DNA from: an uncultured Acidobacteriota bacterium
GTDB taxonomy: Bacteria > Acidobacteriota > Thermoanaerobaculia > UBA5066 > Gp7-AA6
Assembly: GCA_963764715.1 (NCBI GenBank)
Contig: CAVXTP010000022.1
Coordinates: 416,001 to 480,000 of the forward strand
Length of the DNA stretch: 64,000 bases
Direction: 5' to 3'
Shown: positions 32,980 through 46,199 of the stretch, piece after piece
Position numbering within the stretch: position 1 is the stretch's first letter
How the letters are laid out: every line of letters begins with the position of its first letter
The notes under the pieces: generated by a model
Seen by the model: only the letters and a program-made list of their open reading frames with translations
What the model was told of the DNA's origin: nothing
Database searches by the model: none
Position numbers and translations under genes: made by a program

Positions 32980-33738
32980 TTAGTCCCGGCCGGGTCCGGG
33001 GAGGGCGTCGCGGAACGCGCGTTTGACCCGGTACCGCAAGAGGCTGAACCGTTTGCGGGCGCGGCAGAGGCGCAGGAAGGGGTCGCCTTCCACCACGTCC
33101 TCGTCGAAGAAAACGGCGAACGCCTTGCCCTCGAGCCGGGCGGTCAGGAAACGCTCCCCGGCCCTGCGCAGGGACCCGAGGACGTCGAGCACCCCGGGGT
33201 AGACGATCGGGAAGTCGTCGAAGACGATTGTCCCTCCCGGAGCCAGCACGCTCCGGCAGAACCGGAAATCGGAGACGACGGCGCGGCGGGTGTGCTCGCC
33301 GTCGATGAACGCCACGTGGGGCCGACGGCCGATGGCCGACGGGTCGACCCGCGAGGCGTCCGACTCGAAGCAACGGACGCGCACGAGCCCGGCCGGAGCG
33401 AGCTCGCGAAGCCGGTCGAGCATCCTCTGCGTCGAGTTGCCCTCGTACCCCACCCGGCAGCCGCGCGACCGGTCGTCCGGCTGCGACGCGGGCCGAGGGT
33501 CGATCGAGTAGATCGCCTCGCAGCGCGGATCCAGGAGATACGGCTGGATCGATCCGCCCAGGTGTGAACCGATCTCGAGATAGGCGAATCGGCCGAAGCG
33601 CCGGGCCGTGGACCGCTGGACCGCGAGGAGCGACCGCCGGTCCCTCTCGGACGTCTGGGAGGGGATCGCTTCGAAGAGGTCCGTCGAAAGCGCCTCGACG
33701 CGGTCCGCGACCGTGGCCTCGCCCGCGGTCCGGCTCAT
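32980..33738 (-). CDS. Class I SAM-dependent methyltransferase (Methyltransf_24-like)
   Basis: YLEIGSHLGGS, FIDGEHT...V..DF, GG.IVFDD motifs. Confidence 0.83.
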   Translation of the reverse strand: MSRTAGEATVADRVEALSTDLFEAIPSQTSERDRRSLLAVQRSTARRFGRFAYLEIGSHLGGSIQPYLLDPRCEAIYSIDPRPASQPDDRSRGCRVGYEGNSTQRMLDRLRELAPAGLVRVRCFESDASRVDPSAIGRRPHVAFIDGEHTRRAVVSDFRFCRSVLAPGGTIVFDDFPIVYPGVLDVLGSLRRAGERFLTARLEGKAFAVFFDEDVVEGDPFLRLCRARKRFSLLRYRVKRAFRDALPGPGRD

Positions 33739-33883
33739 CGCGCCCTCACGGCCGTGACGAGCAACCGAGGCGACCCGGCGCGGAACGGCCGTCCGTCGAA
33801 GTCGCCGCGGAGCGAGCGGATGCGAAGGCCCGCGGCCGATAGTAGTCGCGGGCGCTCGCGATCTCCCCGGCCGACTCCGCCAT
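33735..33883 (-). pseudogene. Internally deleted SAM-methyltransferase remnant
   Basis: MAESAGEIASARDYYR is joined out of frame to AAGLRIRSLRGDFDGRPFRAGSPRLLVTAVRAR*, whose TGA overlaps the next gene's ATG. Confidence 0.55.
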
Positions 33884-33924
33884 GGGCGAGATGTACCACC
33901 GACGGCGCCCGGTCGCGCGCGTCG

Positions 33925-35451
33925 TTACGCGGGGACTTCGCTCTCCCCCGCCGCCCGCCGCGACTCGGCCTCCGTCGGAAGCACGCCGATGAGCCGGCGG
34001 ATCGGCCCCGAGAAGAGCAGGAGCAGGAGGCCGCCCGCGCCCGTGACCTTCGCGATCGTTCCGAAGAGCGTGGGCAGGGGCATGGTAGAGAAGGCTCCCG
34101 CCGTCAATCCGGCGATGAGGTTGCCGAGCGCGTTGCCCATGAAGAAGGTGCCCATCATCTGGCCGACCAGCCGTCGCGGTGCGAGCTTGGTCACGCTCGA
34201 CAGGCCGACGGGGGACAGACAGAGCTCGCCCACCGTGTGGACGAAATACGTGAGCACGAGCCACCACGGGCCGACCTTGTCCGCTCCGCCGTGGGTGTTC
34301 GTCGCGGCGACGACCATGACGAACATCCCGATCGCCAGGAGCACGAGGCCCAGACCGAGCTTGGCGGGCATGGACGGGCCGCCGTCGCGGAGCTTGAGCC
34401 AGACCAGGCTGAAGACGGGCGACAGCAGGATGACGAAGGTCGGGGGAACCGCCTGGAACCACGAGGCGGGGACCTCCCAGCCGCCGACCATCCGATCGGT
34501 CAGCCTCGACGCGAAGAGGTTGAACGAGGACCCGGCCTGCTCGTAGCCCGCCCAGAAGAGCGACGACGCCAGGAAGAAGAGGAAGATCACGACGACGCGC
34601 TTCTTCTCGGCGACGGTCAGCCCTCCCGAGATGAGGACCGAGCCGAAGTACAGCACGACGATCGATACGATGACGACTCCCGTCCCGCGGGCGGCCGACT
34701 CCAGGCTCAGGTGCGCGAAGGCGCCGGCGACGAGGGCGGCCGCGAGGATCGCGACCCCGATCAGGACCGCGCGGATGGCTCTGGCCCGGGCCACGGGATC
34801 GCGGGCCGGCGGCCGGGGCAGCCCGGCCGCGCCGAGATTTGGCGCTCCCAGCCGGTACTGGATGAGGCCGAGGACCATGCCGACGCCGGCCGCGCCGAAG
34901 CCGAAGTGCCAGTTGAGCCGTTCGCCGAGGAAGCCGCAGATGAAGGGCCCGATGAACGCCCCGGAGTTGATGCCCATGTAGAAGAACGAGAAGCCGGAAT
35001 CGCGGCGCGCTCCCCCTTCGGGATAGAGGTCGCCCACCATGGCGCTGACGTTCGGCTTCAGGAGCCCCGTGCCGACGACGATCAGGCAGAGCCCGAGGTA
35101 GAAAGACGGCACCGTCGGCACGGCCATGCTGAAGTGGCCCGCGGCGATCACGCAGCCGCCGATGAAGACCGCGCGGCGCTGCCCGAAGATCCGGTCCGCC
35201 ACCCACCCGCCCGGAAGCGCCATCAGGTAGACGCCCGCCGTGTAGAGGCCGTAGATCGCCGCCGCCTTCTTGTCCGTCAGGCCGAAGCCGCCGTTCTGCA
35301 CCGAGGCGACGAGGAACAGGATCAGGAGGGCCCGCATCCCGTAGTAGCTGAACCGCTCCCACATTTCGGTGAAGAAGAGCGTGGACAGGCCCCGCGGGTG
35401 GCCGAACCACGTCTTGCCCCCGGGGACGGCGGTCGCGGATGTCGAGCTCAT
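33925..35451 (-). CDS. Proton-dependent oligopeptide transporter (POT/PTR family, MFS)
   Basis: FGHPRGL..LFFTEMWERFSYYGMRA, GTGLLKPN, FYMGIN.G, GELCLSPVGLS motifs. Confidence 0.95.
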   Translation of the reverse strand: MSSTSATAVPGGKTWFGHPRGLSTLFFTEMWERFSYYGMRALLILFLVASVQNGGFGLTDKKAAAIYGLYTAGVYLMALPGGWVADRIFGQRRAVFIGGCVIAAGHFSMAVPTVPSFYLGLCLIVVGTGLLKPNVSAMVGDLYPEGGARRDSGFSFFYMGINSGAFIGPFICGFLGERLNWHFGFGAAGVGMVLGLIQYRLGAPNLGAAGLPRPPARDPVARARAIRAVLIGVAILAAALVAGAFAHLSLESAARGTGVVIVSIVVLYFGSVLISGGLTVAEKKRVVVIFLFFLASSLFWAGYEQAGSSFNLFASRLTDRMVGGWEVPASWFQAVPPTFVILLSPVFSLVWLKLRDGGPSMPAKLGLGLVLLAIGMFVMVVAATNTHGGADKVGPWWLVLTYFVHTVGELCLSPVGLSSVTKLAPRRLVGQMMGTFFMGNALGNLIAGLTAGAFSTMPLPTLFGTIAKVTGAGGLLLLLFSGPIRRLIGVLPTEAESRRAAGESEVPA

Positions 35452-35504
35452 GGGCGAGTGGCGCGAGGCTACCAGAGAACCCCGGACGCGCATAATGATC
35501 CGGC

Positions 35505-37217
35505 ATGCAGGCCCCGGAGTTCCTCGGGCCCCTCGCGTTGATCTTCCTCGCGGCGCTCGGCGCCACGTACGTGCTGCATCGTCTCCGGCAACCTCCGCTC
35601 GTCGGCTTCCTCTCGGCGGGGGCTCTGCTCGGGCCCTTCGGGCTCGGGCTGCTCGCCGACGTCCGCGTCGTCGAAGTCCTCGCGGATCTCGGAGTCGTCC
35701 TCCTCCTGTTCACCGTCGGCCTCGAGCTCTCGCTCGGCAACCTGCGCCGGCTCGGCAAGCTCGTGTGGGTCGCGGGGTCGATCCAGGTCGTCGTCACCAT
35801 CGCTCTCGTCCTGGCCGTCGCCGCCGCCGGCGGGTATCCGCTGTCGCAAGGCCTTTTCTTCGGCTACCTCGTCGCCCTCTCGTCGACGGCGATCGTGCTC
35901 AAGCTCCTGCTGGACCGCCGCGAGCTCGACGCTCCGCACGGCCGCATGCTGCTCGGCATCCTGATCTTCCAGGACCTGGCGGTCGTCCCCATGCTCCTCT
36001 CGCTGCCGACCCTCTCGGCCGGAGGCTCGGCCGGCCTGATGCCGGTCCTGCTCGCCACGGGCAAGACGGTCCTCACGGCCGCCGCTCTGCTGGTCGTCGC
36101 GCGGGTCCTCGTGCCCCGCTTCATCGGCGCCCTGGCCGGAACGCGGCAAAAGGAGATCTTCGTCGTCGCCGTGCTGTTCATCGTCCTCGGCTCGGCGCTG
36201 GCGACCTCCTGGGCCGGCCTCTCGGCGGCCCTCGGGGCGTTCCTCGCGGGCCTCGTGCTCTCGGAGTCCGAGTACGGGCACCAGGCCCTGGCCGACGTGA
36301 CCGCGTTTCGCGACGCTTTCAACGCCGTCTTCTTCGTGTCGATCGGAATGCTGTTCAATCCGCGCGTGATCTTCGAACAGCCCGTGCTCGTGGCCGTGCT
36401 GCTCGGCCTCATCGCGGTCTGGAAGACGATCGCCGGCGGCTCGGCGGTCCTCGCGATGGGCTACGGGTTCCGCGTCGCGACGGTCGTCGGACTGTCCCTC
36501 GCCCAGATCGGCGAGTTCTCCTTCGTCCTGCTGCGCCAGGGCCGGGAGGCGGGGCTGATTTCGAGCGTGATGTACCAGGCGTTCCTCGCCGCTGCGATCA
36601 TCACGATGGTCGCGACGCCGTTTCTCTCGGAGGCGAGCCACGCCGTGGCGTTCCGGCTGACGAGGCGCGAGACCTCCTCCGCGGACCGCGCTTCCCCGCC
36701 GCCGCCCGAGGGCCTCATCCTCGTGATCGGATTCGGCCACATGGGCGAGACCGTCGCCCGCGTGCTCCAGCGCGCGCGCGCGCCGTTTCGGATCGTCGAC
36801 CTCGATCCCGTGCGCGTCAAGAAGGGCGTCGCGAAGCGGCTGCCGATCGAGTACGGCGACTCGACCAACGACGTCGTCCTGCGCCGCAACGGCGTCGAAA
36901 GGGCCCGGGCCGCCATCATCCTGGTCTCCGACCCGCGCGGGACGCGACAGACGATCCGGCACTGCCGCACGCTCGCACCCGCTCTGTTCATCCTCGTTCG
37001 GACCCGCTACGTCTCGGAGATCCCCGCGCTCGTGGCCGCGGGCGCGGACGAGGTCATCGCCGAGGAGTTCGAGACGGCCCTCGAGATCTCGCGCCGCGCC
37101 GTGAAGCGCCTGGGCCTTCCGCTTCCGTGGGTCGAGTCCGAGACGCAGGAGATCCGGCGCATCCGCGAGGAGGGGTTCAAGAGCATCAGCCTCCCGCGCG
37201 CTCCCGACCCGAAGTAG
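35505..37217 (+). CDS. Cation:proton antiporter CPA2 (Kef-like) with TrkA-N/KTN domain
   Basis: LLLFTVGLE, LSSTAIV, LIFQDL, FFVSIGM, QIGEFSFVL; cytoplasmic IGFGHMG and YGDST. Confidence 0.92.
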   Translation: MQAPEFLGPLALIFLAALGATYVLHRLRQPPLVGFLSAGALLGPFGLGLLADVRVVEVLADLGVVLLLFTVGLELSLGNLRRLGKLVWVAGSIQVVVTIALVLAVAAAGGYPLSQGLFFGYLVALSSTAIVLKLLLDRRELDAPHGRMLLGILIFQDLAVVPMLLSLPTLSAGGSAGLMPVLLATGKTVLTAAALLVVARVLVPRFIGALAGTRQKEIFVVAVLFIVLGSALATSWAGLSAALGAFLAGLVLSESEYGHQALADVTAFRDAFNAVFFVSIGMLFNPRVIFEQPVLVAVLLGLIAVWKTIAGGSAVLAMGYGFRVATVVGLSLAQIGEFSFVLLRQGREAGLISSVMYQAFLAAAIITMVATPFLSEASHAVAFRLTRRETSSADRASPPPPEGLILVIGFGHMGETVARVLQRARAPFRIVDLDPVRVKKGVAKRLPIEYGDSTNDVVLRRNGVERARAAIILVSDPRGTRQTIRHCRTLAPALFILVRTRYVSEIPALVAAGADEVIAEEFETALEISRRAVKRLGLPLPWVESETQEIRRIREEGFKSISLPRAPDPK

Positions 37218-37276
37218 CGCCGGCTCCGTGCCGGCCGTTCGACCTGGCGCAAGCCCGAGACGACCCGGGCGTCGCC

Positions 37277-38593
37277 TCAGGCGAAAGCGGCCGCGAGGCT
37301 CTCCCCGGCCATGCGCGCGGTGCGCCGGATCTCGGCCTCGCCGTGCGCCGTCGAGACGAACCAGGCCTCGAACTGCGCCGGCGGAAGGAAGATCCCGCGC
37401 TCGCGCATGGCGTGAAAGAAGACGGCGTAGCGCTTCGTATCGGCCCGCTTCGCCTCGGCGAAGTCGTGGATCGGGCCCGGCGCGAGAAAGAGGGTCAACA
37501 GGGAGCCCATCCGCGGCAGGCTGACCTGATCGGAAAGGCCGCGGCGGACGATCTCCTCGCGGATCTGCGCTTCGAGCAGGCCTCCGAGACGCTCGAGCTC
37601 GGCGTACGGCGGCCGGCGCTCGATCTCCTGCAGCATCGCGAGACCGGCCGACATCGCCAGAGGGTTCCCCGACAGCGTCCCGGCCTGGTAGACGGGCCCG
37701 GCGGGAGCCATCTTCTCCATGAGGGCGCGCGTCCCGCCGTACGCCCCCACGGGAAGTCCGCCGCCGAGGATCTTCCCGAGCGTCGTGAGGTCGGGAGCCA
37801 CGCCGTAGATCTCCTGGGCGCCCCCCGCCGCGAGCCGGAACCCGGAGATGACCTCGTCGAAGATCAGCAGGGCCCCGTGCCGCCGGGTGAGCTCCCGCGC
37901 GGCCTCGAGGTAGCCCGGCCGCGGGGGAACGAGCCCCATGTTCGCCGCGACGGGCTCGACGATGAAGGCGGCGACGTCCCCGCGGAACTTCTCGAGCGCC
38001 GCCTCGAGCGCGCCGGCGTCGTTGTAGGGGACGACCGTGGTCAGCGCGGCGATCTCGTCCGGCACGCCCGGGCTGCCCGCGATTCCGAGCGTCGCGACGC
38101 CGGAGCCCGCGGCCACGAGGAATCCATCGGCGTGGCCGTGATACCCGCCGTCGGTCTTGAGGATCCGCTTTCGCCCGGTCGCGCCGCGCGCCAGGCGCAC
38201 CGCGCTCATCGTCGCCTCCGTGCCGGAGCTGACGAAGCGCACCATCTCGATCGAGGGAACGAGCTTCGTCACGCGCTCCGCGAGCCGCACCTCGAGCTCG
38301 GTCGGCGCGCCGAAGGACGTCCCGCGGCGGCAGGCCCGGTCGAGGGCCCGCCGCAGAAAGGCCGGCCCGTGACCGAAGAGGTGGGGGCCATAAGACATGA
38401 CGTAGTCGACGTAGGACCGTCCGTCGGCGTCGCGAACGCGGGCGCCCCGCCCGGAGGAGACGAAGAACGGCTCGCCGCCGACCGAAGCGAACGACCGGAC
38501 CGGCGAGCTCACGCCGCCCGGCATGAGCTTCCTGGCCCGCCGAAAGAGAGCCGCCGACCGCGCCGAAGAGCGAGCCTTCCGGGGGTCTTTCAA
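37277..38593 (-). CDS. hemL: Glutamate-1-semialdehyde 2,1-aminomutase
   Basis: [55 protein letters not shown]; TTG start overlaps the hemB stop. Confidence 0.97.
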   Translation of the reverse strand: MKDPRKARSSARSAALFRRARKLMPGGVSSPVRSFASVGGEPFFVSSGRGARVRDADGRSYVDYVMSYGPHLFGHGPAFLRRALDRACRRGTSFGAPTELEVRLAERVTKLVPSIEMVRFVSSGTEATMSAVRLARGATGRKRILKTDGGYHGHADGFLVAAGSGVATLGIAGSPGVPDEIAALTTVVPYNDAGALEAALEKFRGDVAAFIVEPVAANMGLVPPRPGYLEAARELTRRHGALLIFDEVISGFRLAAGGAQEIYGVAPDLTTLGKILGGGLPVGAYGGTRALMEKMAPAGPVYQAGTLSGNPLAMSAGLAMLQEIERRPPYAELERLGGLLEAQIREEIVRRGLSDQVSLPRMGSLLTLFLAPGPIHDFAEAKRADTKRYAVFFHAMRERGIFLPPAQFEAWFVSTAHGEAEIRRTARMAGESLAAAFA

Positions 38594-39582
38594 GCGTCGA
38601 GGCCGCCTTCGCGGAGCCAGCGGGCCGCGTCGCGGGCGTGATACGTCAACACGAAGTCGGCCCCGGCCCTCACGATCGACGTCAGGATCTCGAGCGTGAC
38701 GCGCTTCTCGTCGATCCAGCCGTTGGCTCCCGCCGCCTTGACCATCGCGTACTCGCCCGAGACGTTGTACGCCGCGACGGGGGCGTCGAAGCGCTCCCGG
38801 GCGTCGCGGATCCAGTCGAGGTACGCGAGCGCCGGCTTGACCATGACCGCGTCGGCGCCCTCCTGGAGGTCGAGCGCGATCTCGCGCATGGCTTCGCGCC
38901 GGTTGGCGCCGTCCATCTGGTAGCCGCGCCGGTCGCCGAACTTGGGCGCCGAGTCCGCCGCTTCGCGGAACGGCCCGTAGAACCCGGAGGCCGCCTTCGC
39001 CGCGTAGGCGAGGATCGCCGTCTCGGTGAACCCCGCCCGGTCGAGCTCGGCCCGGATGGCGGCGACGCGGCCATCCATCATGTCCGAGGGCGCGACCACG
39101 TCGACCCCCGCCCGTGCGTGCGAGACCGCCGCGCGCGCCAGCAGCGGCAGCGTGGCGTCGTTGTCGACGCGCCCGTCGCGGATCACGCCGCAGTGGCCGT
39201 GGGAGGTGTACTCGTCGAGGCAGACGTCGGTCATGACCACGAGCCCGGGCACCGTGCTCTTGAGCGCGCGGACCGTTTCCTGGAGGGCCCCGCCCTCGTC
39301 CCACGCCTCGCTCCCGGTTTCGTCCTTGCGCTCCGGGATCCCGAAGAGGATCACGCCGGGGACGCCCAGGGACTGGAGCTCCTGCGCGACGGCGACCGCT
39401 TCGTCGGGCGAAAGGCGCTCGACGCCCGGCAGCGACGAGATCGGCTCGCGCCGGGCCCGGCCCTTTCGGACGAAGAGGGGCGCGACGAACCGGTCCGGCG
39501 TCAGGCGGGTTTCGCGGACGAGGGCGCGCAACGCGGGCGAGCCCCGGAGCCGCCGGAGACGCAGGGTCGGAAATCCGCTCAT
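38590..39582 (-). CDS. hemB: Porphobilinogen synthase (ALA dehydratase)
   Basis: [47 protein letters not shown] motifs. Confidence 0.97.
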   Translation of the reverse strand: MSGFPTLRLRRLRGSPALRALVRETRLTPDRFVAPLFVRKGRARREPISSLPGVERLSPDEAVAVAQELQSLGVPGVILFGIPERKDETGSEAWDEGGALQETVRALKSTVPGLVVMTDVCLDEYTSHGHCGVIRDGRVDNDATLPLLARAAVSHARAGVDVVAPSDMMDGRVAAIRAELDRAGFTETAILAYAAKAASGFYGPFREAADSAPKFGDRRGYQMDGANRREAMREIALDLQEGADAVMVKPALAYLDWIRDARERFDAPVAAYNVSGEYAMVKAAGANGWIDEKRVTLEILTSIVRAGADFVLTYHARDAARWLREGGLDA

Positions 39583-39595
39583 CGGTCTCCTCAGC

Positions 39596-40333
39596 CTATG
39601 TTCCGGGCGCCGCGCTGGCAAGCCTCGCCAGCGCGTCGGCGGCGCTCCCGAAGCGGGCCTCGCGCGAAAGCTCCGCGCGTTCGACCCCGAGGGACGCGAG
39701 CTTCTCGAGGGTCGAGGGGCCGAGGGCGACCGCCGGGACCCTGCGCAGGCGCTCGGCCGCGGGGGCGGCCAGGCCGGCGAAGAGCCACTCCGCGGCGGCC
39801 GGCGACGTCGGGCAGAACGCGGCGGGCGGCCGTTCGAGGATCTCGGCCGAGAGAGCCGGGTTCGGCGGGGCCGCGCGCTTGCGATAGAGCACGACCCGGC
39901 GGACCTTCGCGCCGCGCTCCTTCAGCAGCGCGTCGAGGTCGACGGATGCGTCCTCGCCACACGGCCAGAGCACGCGGCGGCCGGAGAGCGACGCCGACAG
40001 TCCCTCGAGCATCGAGCGGGCCGAGCCCGCCGCCACGTGGTCGGGCCGGAGGCCGTTTCGTCGCAACGCCTCCGCCGTCGCCTCGCCGACGGCCACGAGG
40101 GTCCCGGCCTCGAGGCCGCGGCGCAGCATCTCGGCGTGGCGGGCGTCTCGCGCGATCTGCTCGACCGCGGTCTGGCTCGTCACGATGACCGTGTCCCATC
40201 CGGAAGCCCAATCGGAGGCGGAAGCCGCGACGGGCTCGACGGTATGGCTGACGTACTCGGCGACCTCGACGCCCGGGACCGAGCCGAACGGCCTCGCTCC
40301 CGATCGAACCACCAGGACGACCGGCCGCTTCAA
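39596..40333 (-). CDS. hemD: Uroporphyrinogen-III synthase
   Basis: [30 protein letters not shown] motifs; located between hemC and hemB. Confidence 0.85.
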   Translation of the reverse strand: MKRPVVLVVRSGARPFGSVPGVEVAEYVSHTVEPVAASASDWASGWDTVIVTSQTAVEQIARDARHAEMLRRGLEAGTLVAVGEATAEALRRNGLRPDHVAAGSARSMLEGLSASLSGRRVLWPCGEDASVDLDALLKERGAKVRRVVLYRKRAAPPNPALSAEILERPPAAFCPTSPAAAEWLFAGLAAPAAERLRRVPAVALGPSTLEKLASLGVERAELSREARFGSAADALARLASAAPGT

Positions 40334-41235
40334 GCCCCGGCCTCTCCGATCAGCGCGGCCGCTCCGGATTCGAGGAGCCGCCCGCCGAGCTCCCGGCCGA
40401 TCCGCTCGCCGTCCGTCGCGGACCCGGCGGAGCGGTCCCGGAGGACGCGGGCGCCGTCACCGGAGAAGACCGCCGCCTCGACCGCGAGGGACCCGGCCGT
40501 CACCCGGGCCCGCGCGGCCACCGGGGCGCGGCAGCCGGCCTCGAGGGCCGCGAGGACCGCACGCTCGCAGACCACCTCCGCGTGGGAGGCCGCGTCGTCG
40601 ATCGACGCCAGGACGTTCGCCATCCGCGTGTCGCCCTCGCGCGCCACGATCGCGAGGGCCCCCTGGCCGACGGCGGGCAGCAGGATCTCCTCCGGAAAGA
40701 TCTCGACGATCTCCGAGAGCCGGTCGAGCCGGGCGAGGCCCGCGCGGGCCAGGACGATCGCGTCCCACTTTCCCTCCCGAAGCCGACGCAGGCGCGTGTC
40801 GACGTTGCCCCGCGCCTCGAGGACTTCGAGGTCGGGCCGCGCCGCGAGAAGCTGCGCCCGCCGCCGCGGGCTCGACGTGCCGATGCGCGCTCCGCGCGGC
40901 AGCTCGGCAAAGGGACGGGCCGGGTGAGAGATGAGGACGTCGCGCGGGTCCTGGCGCGCCGGCACGGCCGCGAGCAGGAGACCCTCGGCCATCGTCGAAG
41001 GCACGTCCTTGAGGCTGTGGACCGCGAAGTCGACCGTCTTCGACCGGAGCGCCTCGTCGAGCTCGCGGGTGAAGTCGCCCTTCCAGGAGATGGGCTCCCC
41101 CGACGCGGACTTGCGGTCGCCGGTCGTACGGACCTCGACGATCTCGACTTCGGCGGCGCCGGCGAGCGAGCGGGCGACGAGCGTCGCCTGCGCGAGGGAG
41201 AGCGCGCTGCCGCGCGCGCCGAGACGCAGCTTCAT
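40330..41235 (-). CDS. hemC: Hydroxymethylbilane synthase (porphobilinogen deaminase)
   Basis: RGSALSLAQ, VHSLKDVP, GTSSPRRRAQL, RGNVDTRL, PAVGQGAL, LEAGC motifs. Confidence 0.97.
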   Translation of the reverse strand: MKLRLGARGSALSLAQATLVARSLAGAAEVEIVEVRTTGDRKSASGEPISWKGDFTRELDEALRSKTVDFAVHSLKDVPSTMAEGLLLAAVPARQDPRDVLISHPARPFAELPRGARIGTSSPRRRAQLLAARPDLEVLEARGNVDTRLRRLREGKWDAIVLARAGLARLDRLSEIVEIFPEEILLPAVGQGALAIVAREGDTRMANVLASIDDAASHAEVVCERAVLAALEAGCRAPVAARARVTAGSLAVEAAVFSGDGARVLRDRSAGSATDGERIGRELGGRLLESGAAALIGEAGA

Positions 41236-42488
41236 CCGTCGAGGTCGAACAGGTGGCGGACGGCCTCGACGCGGTCGAGCTTGCGCGAGGCGTCGGTTTC
41301 GGACTTCAGGCGGCGCAGGGGCTCGTGCAGCAGCTTGGCGGCGATGGAGTCCGCGAACGACCGGAAGCGCTCGCGGTCGGCGGGAGGGATCCGCTCGAGC
41401 TCCCGGTCCCGGAGGTCGGCCAGGCGCTTCTGGAGATCCGTCAGCGTCGGCACGACGGCGAGATTGCCGAACCAGGCGGTGAAGCGGGCGAGCTCCTCCT
41501 CGAGGATCGCCTCCGCCCGGGGAACTTCCCGCGCGCGCCGCCGGCGGTTCTCTTCCGCGACGCCCTCGAGGTCGTCGATCCCGTACGCATAGACGTTGTA
41601 GACGTCCTTGACGTCGGGTGCGATGTCCCGCGGCATCGCGAGGTCGATGAACATCATCGGCCGGCCGCGGCGGTGCCGCATGGCCGCCTCGACTTCGGGC
41701 CGCGCCACGACCGGGGTCGGGCTGGCCGTCGTCCCGACGACGACGTCGGCGTGCTGGAGGGCCTCCACGAGCCCGTCCCACGGCACGGCCCGGCCGCCGA
41801 TCTTCGCCGCGAGATCCTCGGCCCGCTCGGGCGTCCGGTTCACGATCCGGACGTCCGTGACGCCGGCCTCGACGGCCTGCTTCGCGAAGAGGGTTCCGGT
41901 GTCGCCGGCGCCGATGACGAGAAGCGTCCGCTCGGACATGCGCCCGAAGACCTTCGCCGCGAGCTCGTACCCGATCGAGGCGACGGAGAGAGGGTGCTGC
42001 GCGATCTCGGTTTCCGTCCTCACGCGCTTGCCCGCGGCGAGCGCGCTCTCGAACATGCGGTGGGACACGGCGCGGGTCGCGCCGGCCTCGCGGGCGAGCC
42101 CGAGGGCCGTCCGGACCTGGCCGAGGACCTCGCTCTCGCCGAGGGCCATCGAGTCGAGTCCCGCCGCGACCCGGAAGAGGTGCCGCGCCGCCTCCGGCCC
42201 TTCCCGGAAGAAGCTCGCGCGGACGACCTCGGCCGGGTCGAGCCCTCGCCAGCGCGAGATCAGCTCCGCGATCTCCTCTTGCGGGTGCTCGCCGTCGGAC
42301 AGCGCGTAGATCTCGCTGCGGTGGCAGGTCGCGACGATGACGCTCTCGCTCGCGAGGCCCTGTCCCCGGATGCGCTCGAGGGCCTCGCGGACCTCGTCGG
42401 AGGTGAAGGCGATGCGCTCGCGGACCGAAACGTCGGCGCCGCGGAAGTTCCAGCCGAGGAGCAGCAGGCGGGCTTCGGCGGCCCTCAT
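41232..42488 (-). CDS. hemA: Glutamyl-tRNA reductase
   Basis: TCHRSE (catalytic Cys), [32 protein letters not shown] motifs. Confidence 0.96.
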   Translation of the reverse strand: MRAAEARLLLLGWNFRGADVSVRERIAFTSDEVREALERIRGQGLASESVIVATCHRSEIYALSDGEHPQEEIAELISRWRGLDPAEVVRASFFREGPEAARHLFRVAAGLDSMALGESEVLGQVRTALGLAREAGATRAVSHRMFESALAAGKRVRTETEIAQHPLSVASIGYELAAKVFGRMSERTLLVIGAGDTGTLFAKQAVEAGVTDVRIVNRTPERAEDLAAKIGGRAVPWDGLVEALQHADVVVGTTASPTPVVARPEVEAAMRHRRGRPMMFIDLAMPRDIAPDVKDVYNVYAYGIDDLEGVAEENRRRRAREVPRAEAILEEELARFTAWFGNLAVVPTLTDLQKRLADLRDRELERIPPADRERFRSFADSIAAKLLHEPLRRLKSETDASRKLDRVEAVRHLFDLDG

Positions 42489-43294
42489 CGGAACCGGTGC
42501 GACTGGCTGAAGACCATGTTCACGACGGTGTACGAGAAGAGGACGAGGCCGAAGCCCAGGATCGAAAGCATGGCGACGCGGGGGCCCTCCCAGCCGCGGC
42601 GGTCCATCCAGAGGAGCAGGCCGTAGACGGCGAGCGTCAGGACGGCCCACTCGATCTTCGGGTCGGCGAGCGTGGTCCAGACCTGCTCCGCCCGCACGAG
42701 GCCGAGAATGAGGGAGATCGAGAGGACGGCCAGGCCGATCGAGACGCTCGTCCGGTTCATCCGGCCGAGCACCTCGAGCGGCGGGAGGCGCGAGAAGAGA
42801 AGCCCCGTCCGCCCCCGGCGGATCTGGCGGCTCTGGACGAGGTACAGGATCGAGATCACGCACGAGAGCGCGAACGCCGCGTAGGCCAGGATCGCGAAAG
42901 TGACGTGAAACGCGAAAAGGGAGCCGTGGGCGCCGGGCGCGGGCGCGGAGGCAGGGTCCGGCAGCACGAGGCCGGCGACCGTCGCGGCGATGACGATCGG
43001 GATGAGGAAGGGGCCGGTCGTCCGCTCCCCGTGCCGCAGGGCGAGGGCCAGGTAGGCGATCCCGAGCATCCAGCCGAAGAAGGAGACCGAGCCGCCGAGC
43101 GTGCGGTATGGAACGGAGTGGAGCACGCGGGCGCGGTTCAGGAGGTCCGCGAAATGCAGGGCCAGCCCCGCCGCGACGAGGATGGGCGCCGCCCGGCCCG
43201 CGAGAGTTCGCGGACGCGCGAGCCAGGCGATCGCCGAAAGCTCCGCCGCCGCGTAGCAAGCGACGGCGAACCAGCCGAGAGCGTGAGATCCCAT
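42485..43294 (-). CDS. HemX / CcsA-like cytochrome c assembly family membrane protein
   Basis: Eight TM helices; FHV...LAYAAF, YL.Q...., SRLPPLE.L, DPK, C-terminal SHRF; first gene of the hemA operon. Confidence 0.85.
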   Translation of the reverse strand: MGSHALGWFAVACYAAAELSAIAWLARPRTLAGRAAPILVAAGLALHFADLLNRARVLHSVPYRTLGGSVSFFGWMLGIAYLALALRHGERTTGPFLIPIVIAATVAGLVLPDPASAPAPGAHGSLFAFHVTFAILAYAAFALSCVISILYLVQSRQIRRGRTGLLFSRLPPLEVLGRMNRTSVSIGLAVLSISLILGLVRAEQVWTTLADPKIEWAVLTLAVYGLLLWMDRRGWEGPRVAMLSILGFGLVLFSYTVVNMVFSQSHRFR

Positions 43295-43346
43295 GGGGCC
43301 CGAGCAGTTTATCAACGGCCGCGGCCGCGTAATACGATAGCGGCCG

Positions 43347-46181
<2,835 letters not shown>

Positions 46182-46199
46182 GGACGCGCCGCCCGGACG

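Noticed and set aside
23321-33900. Intact prophage or integrative element at tRNA-Lys
   Set aside because: No integrase, phage or transfer genes, and I found no duplicated tRNA 3' end by eye.
43295-43346. Iron-responsive-element-like hairpin or Fur box between hemX and acnA
   Set aside because: No CAGUG-loop stem or Fur-like AT-rich palindrome; only two -10-like hexamers.
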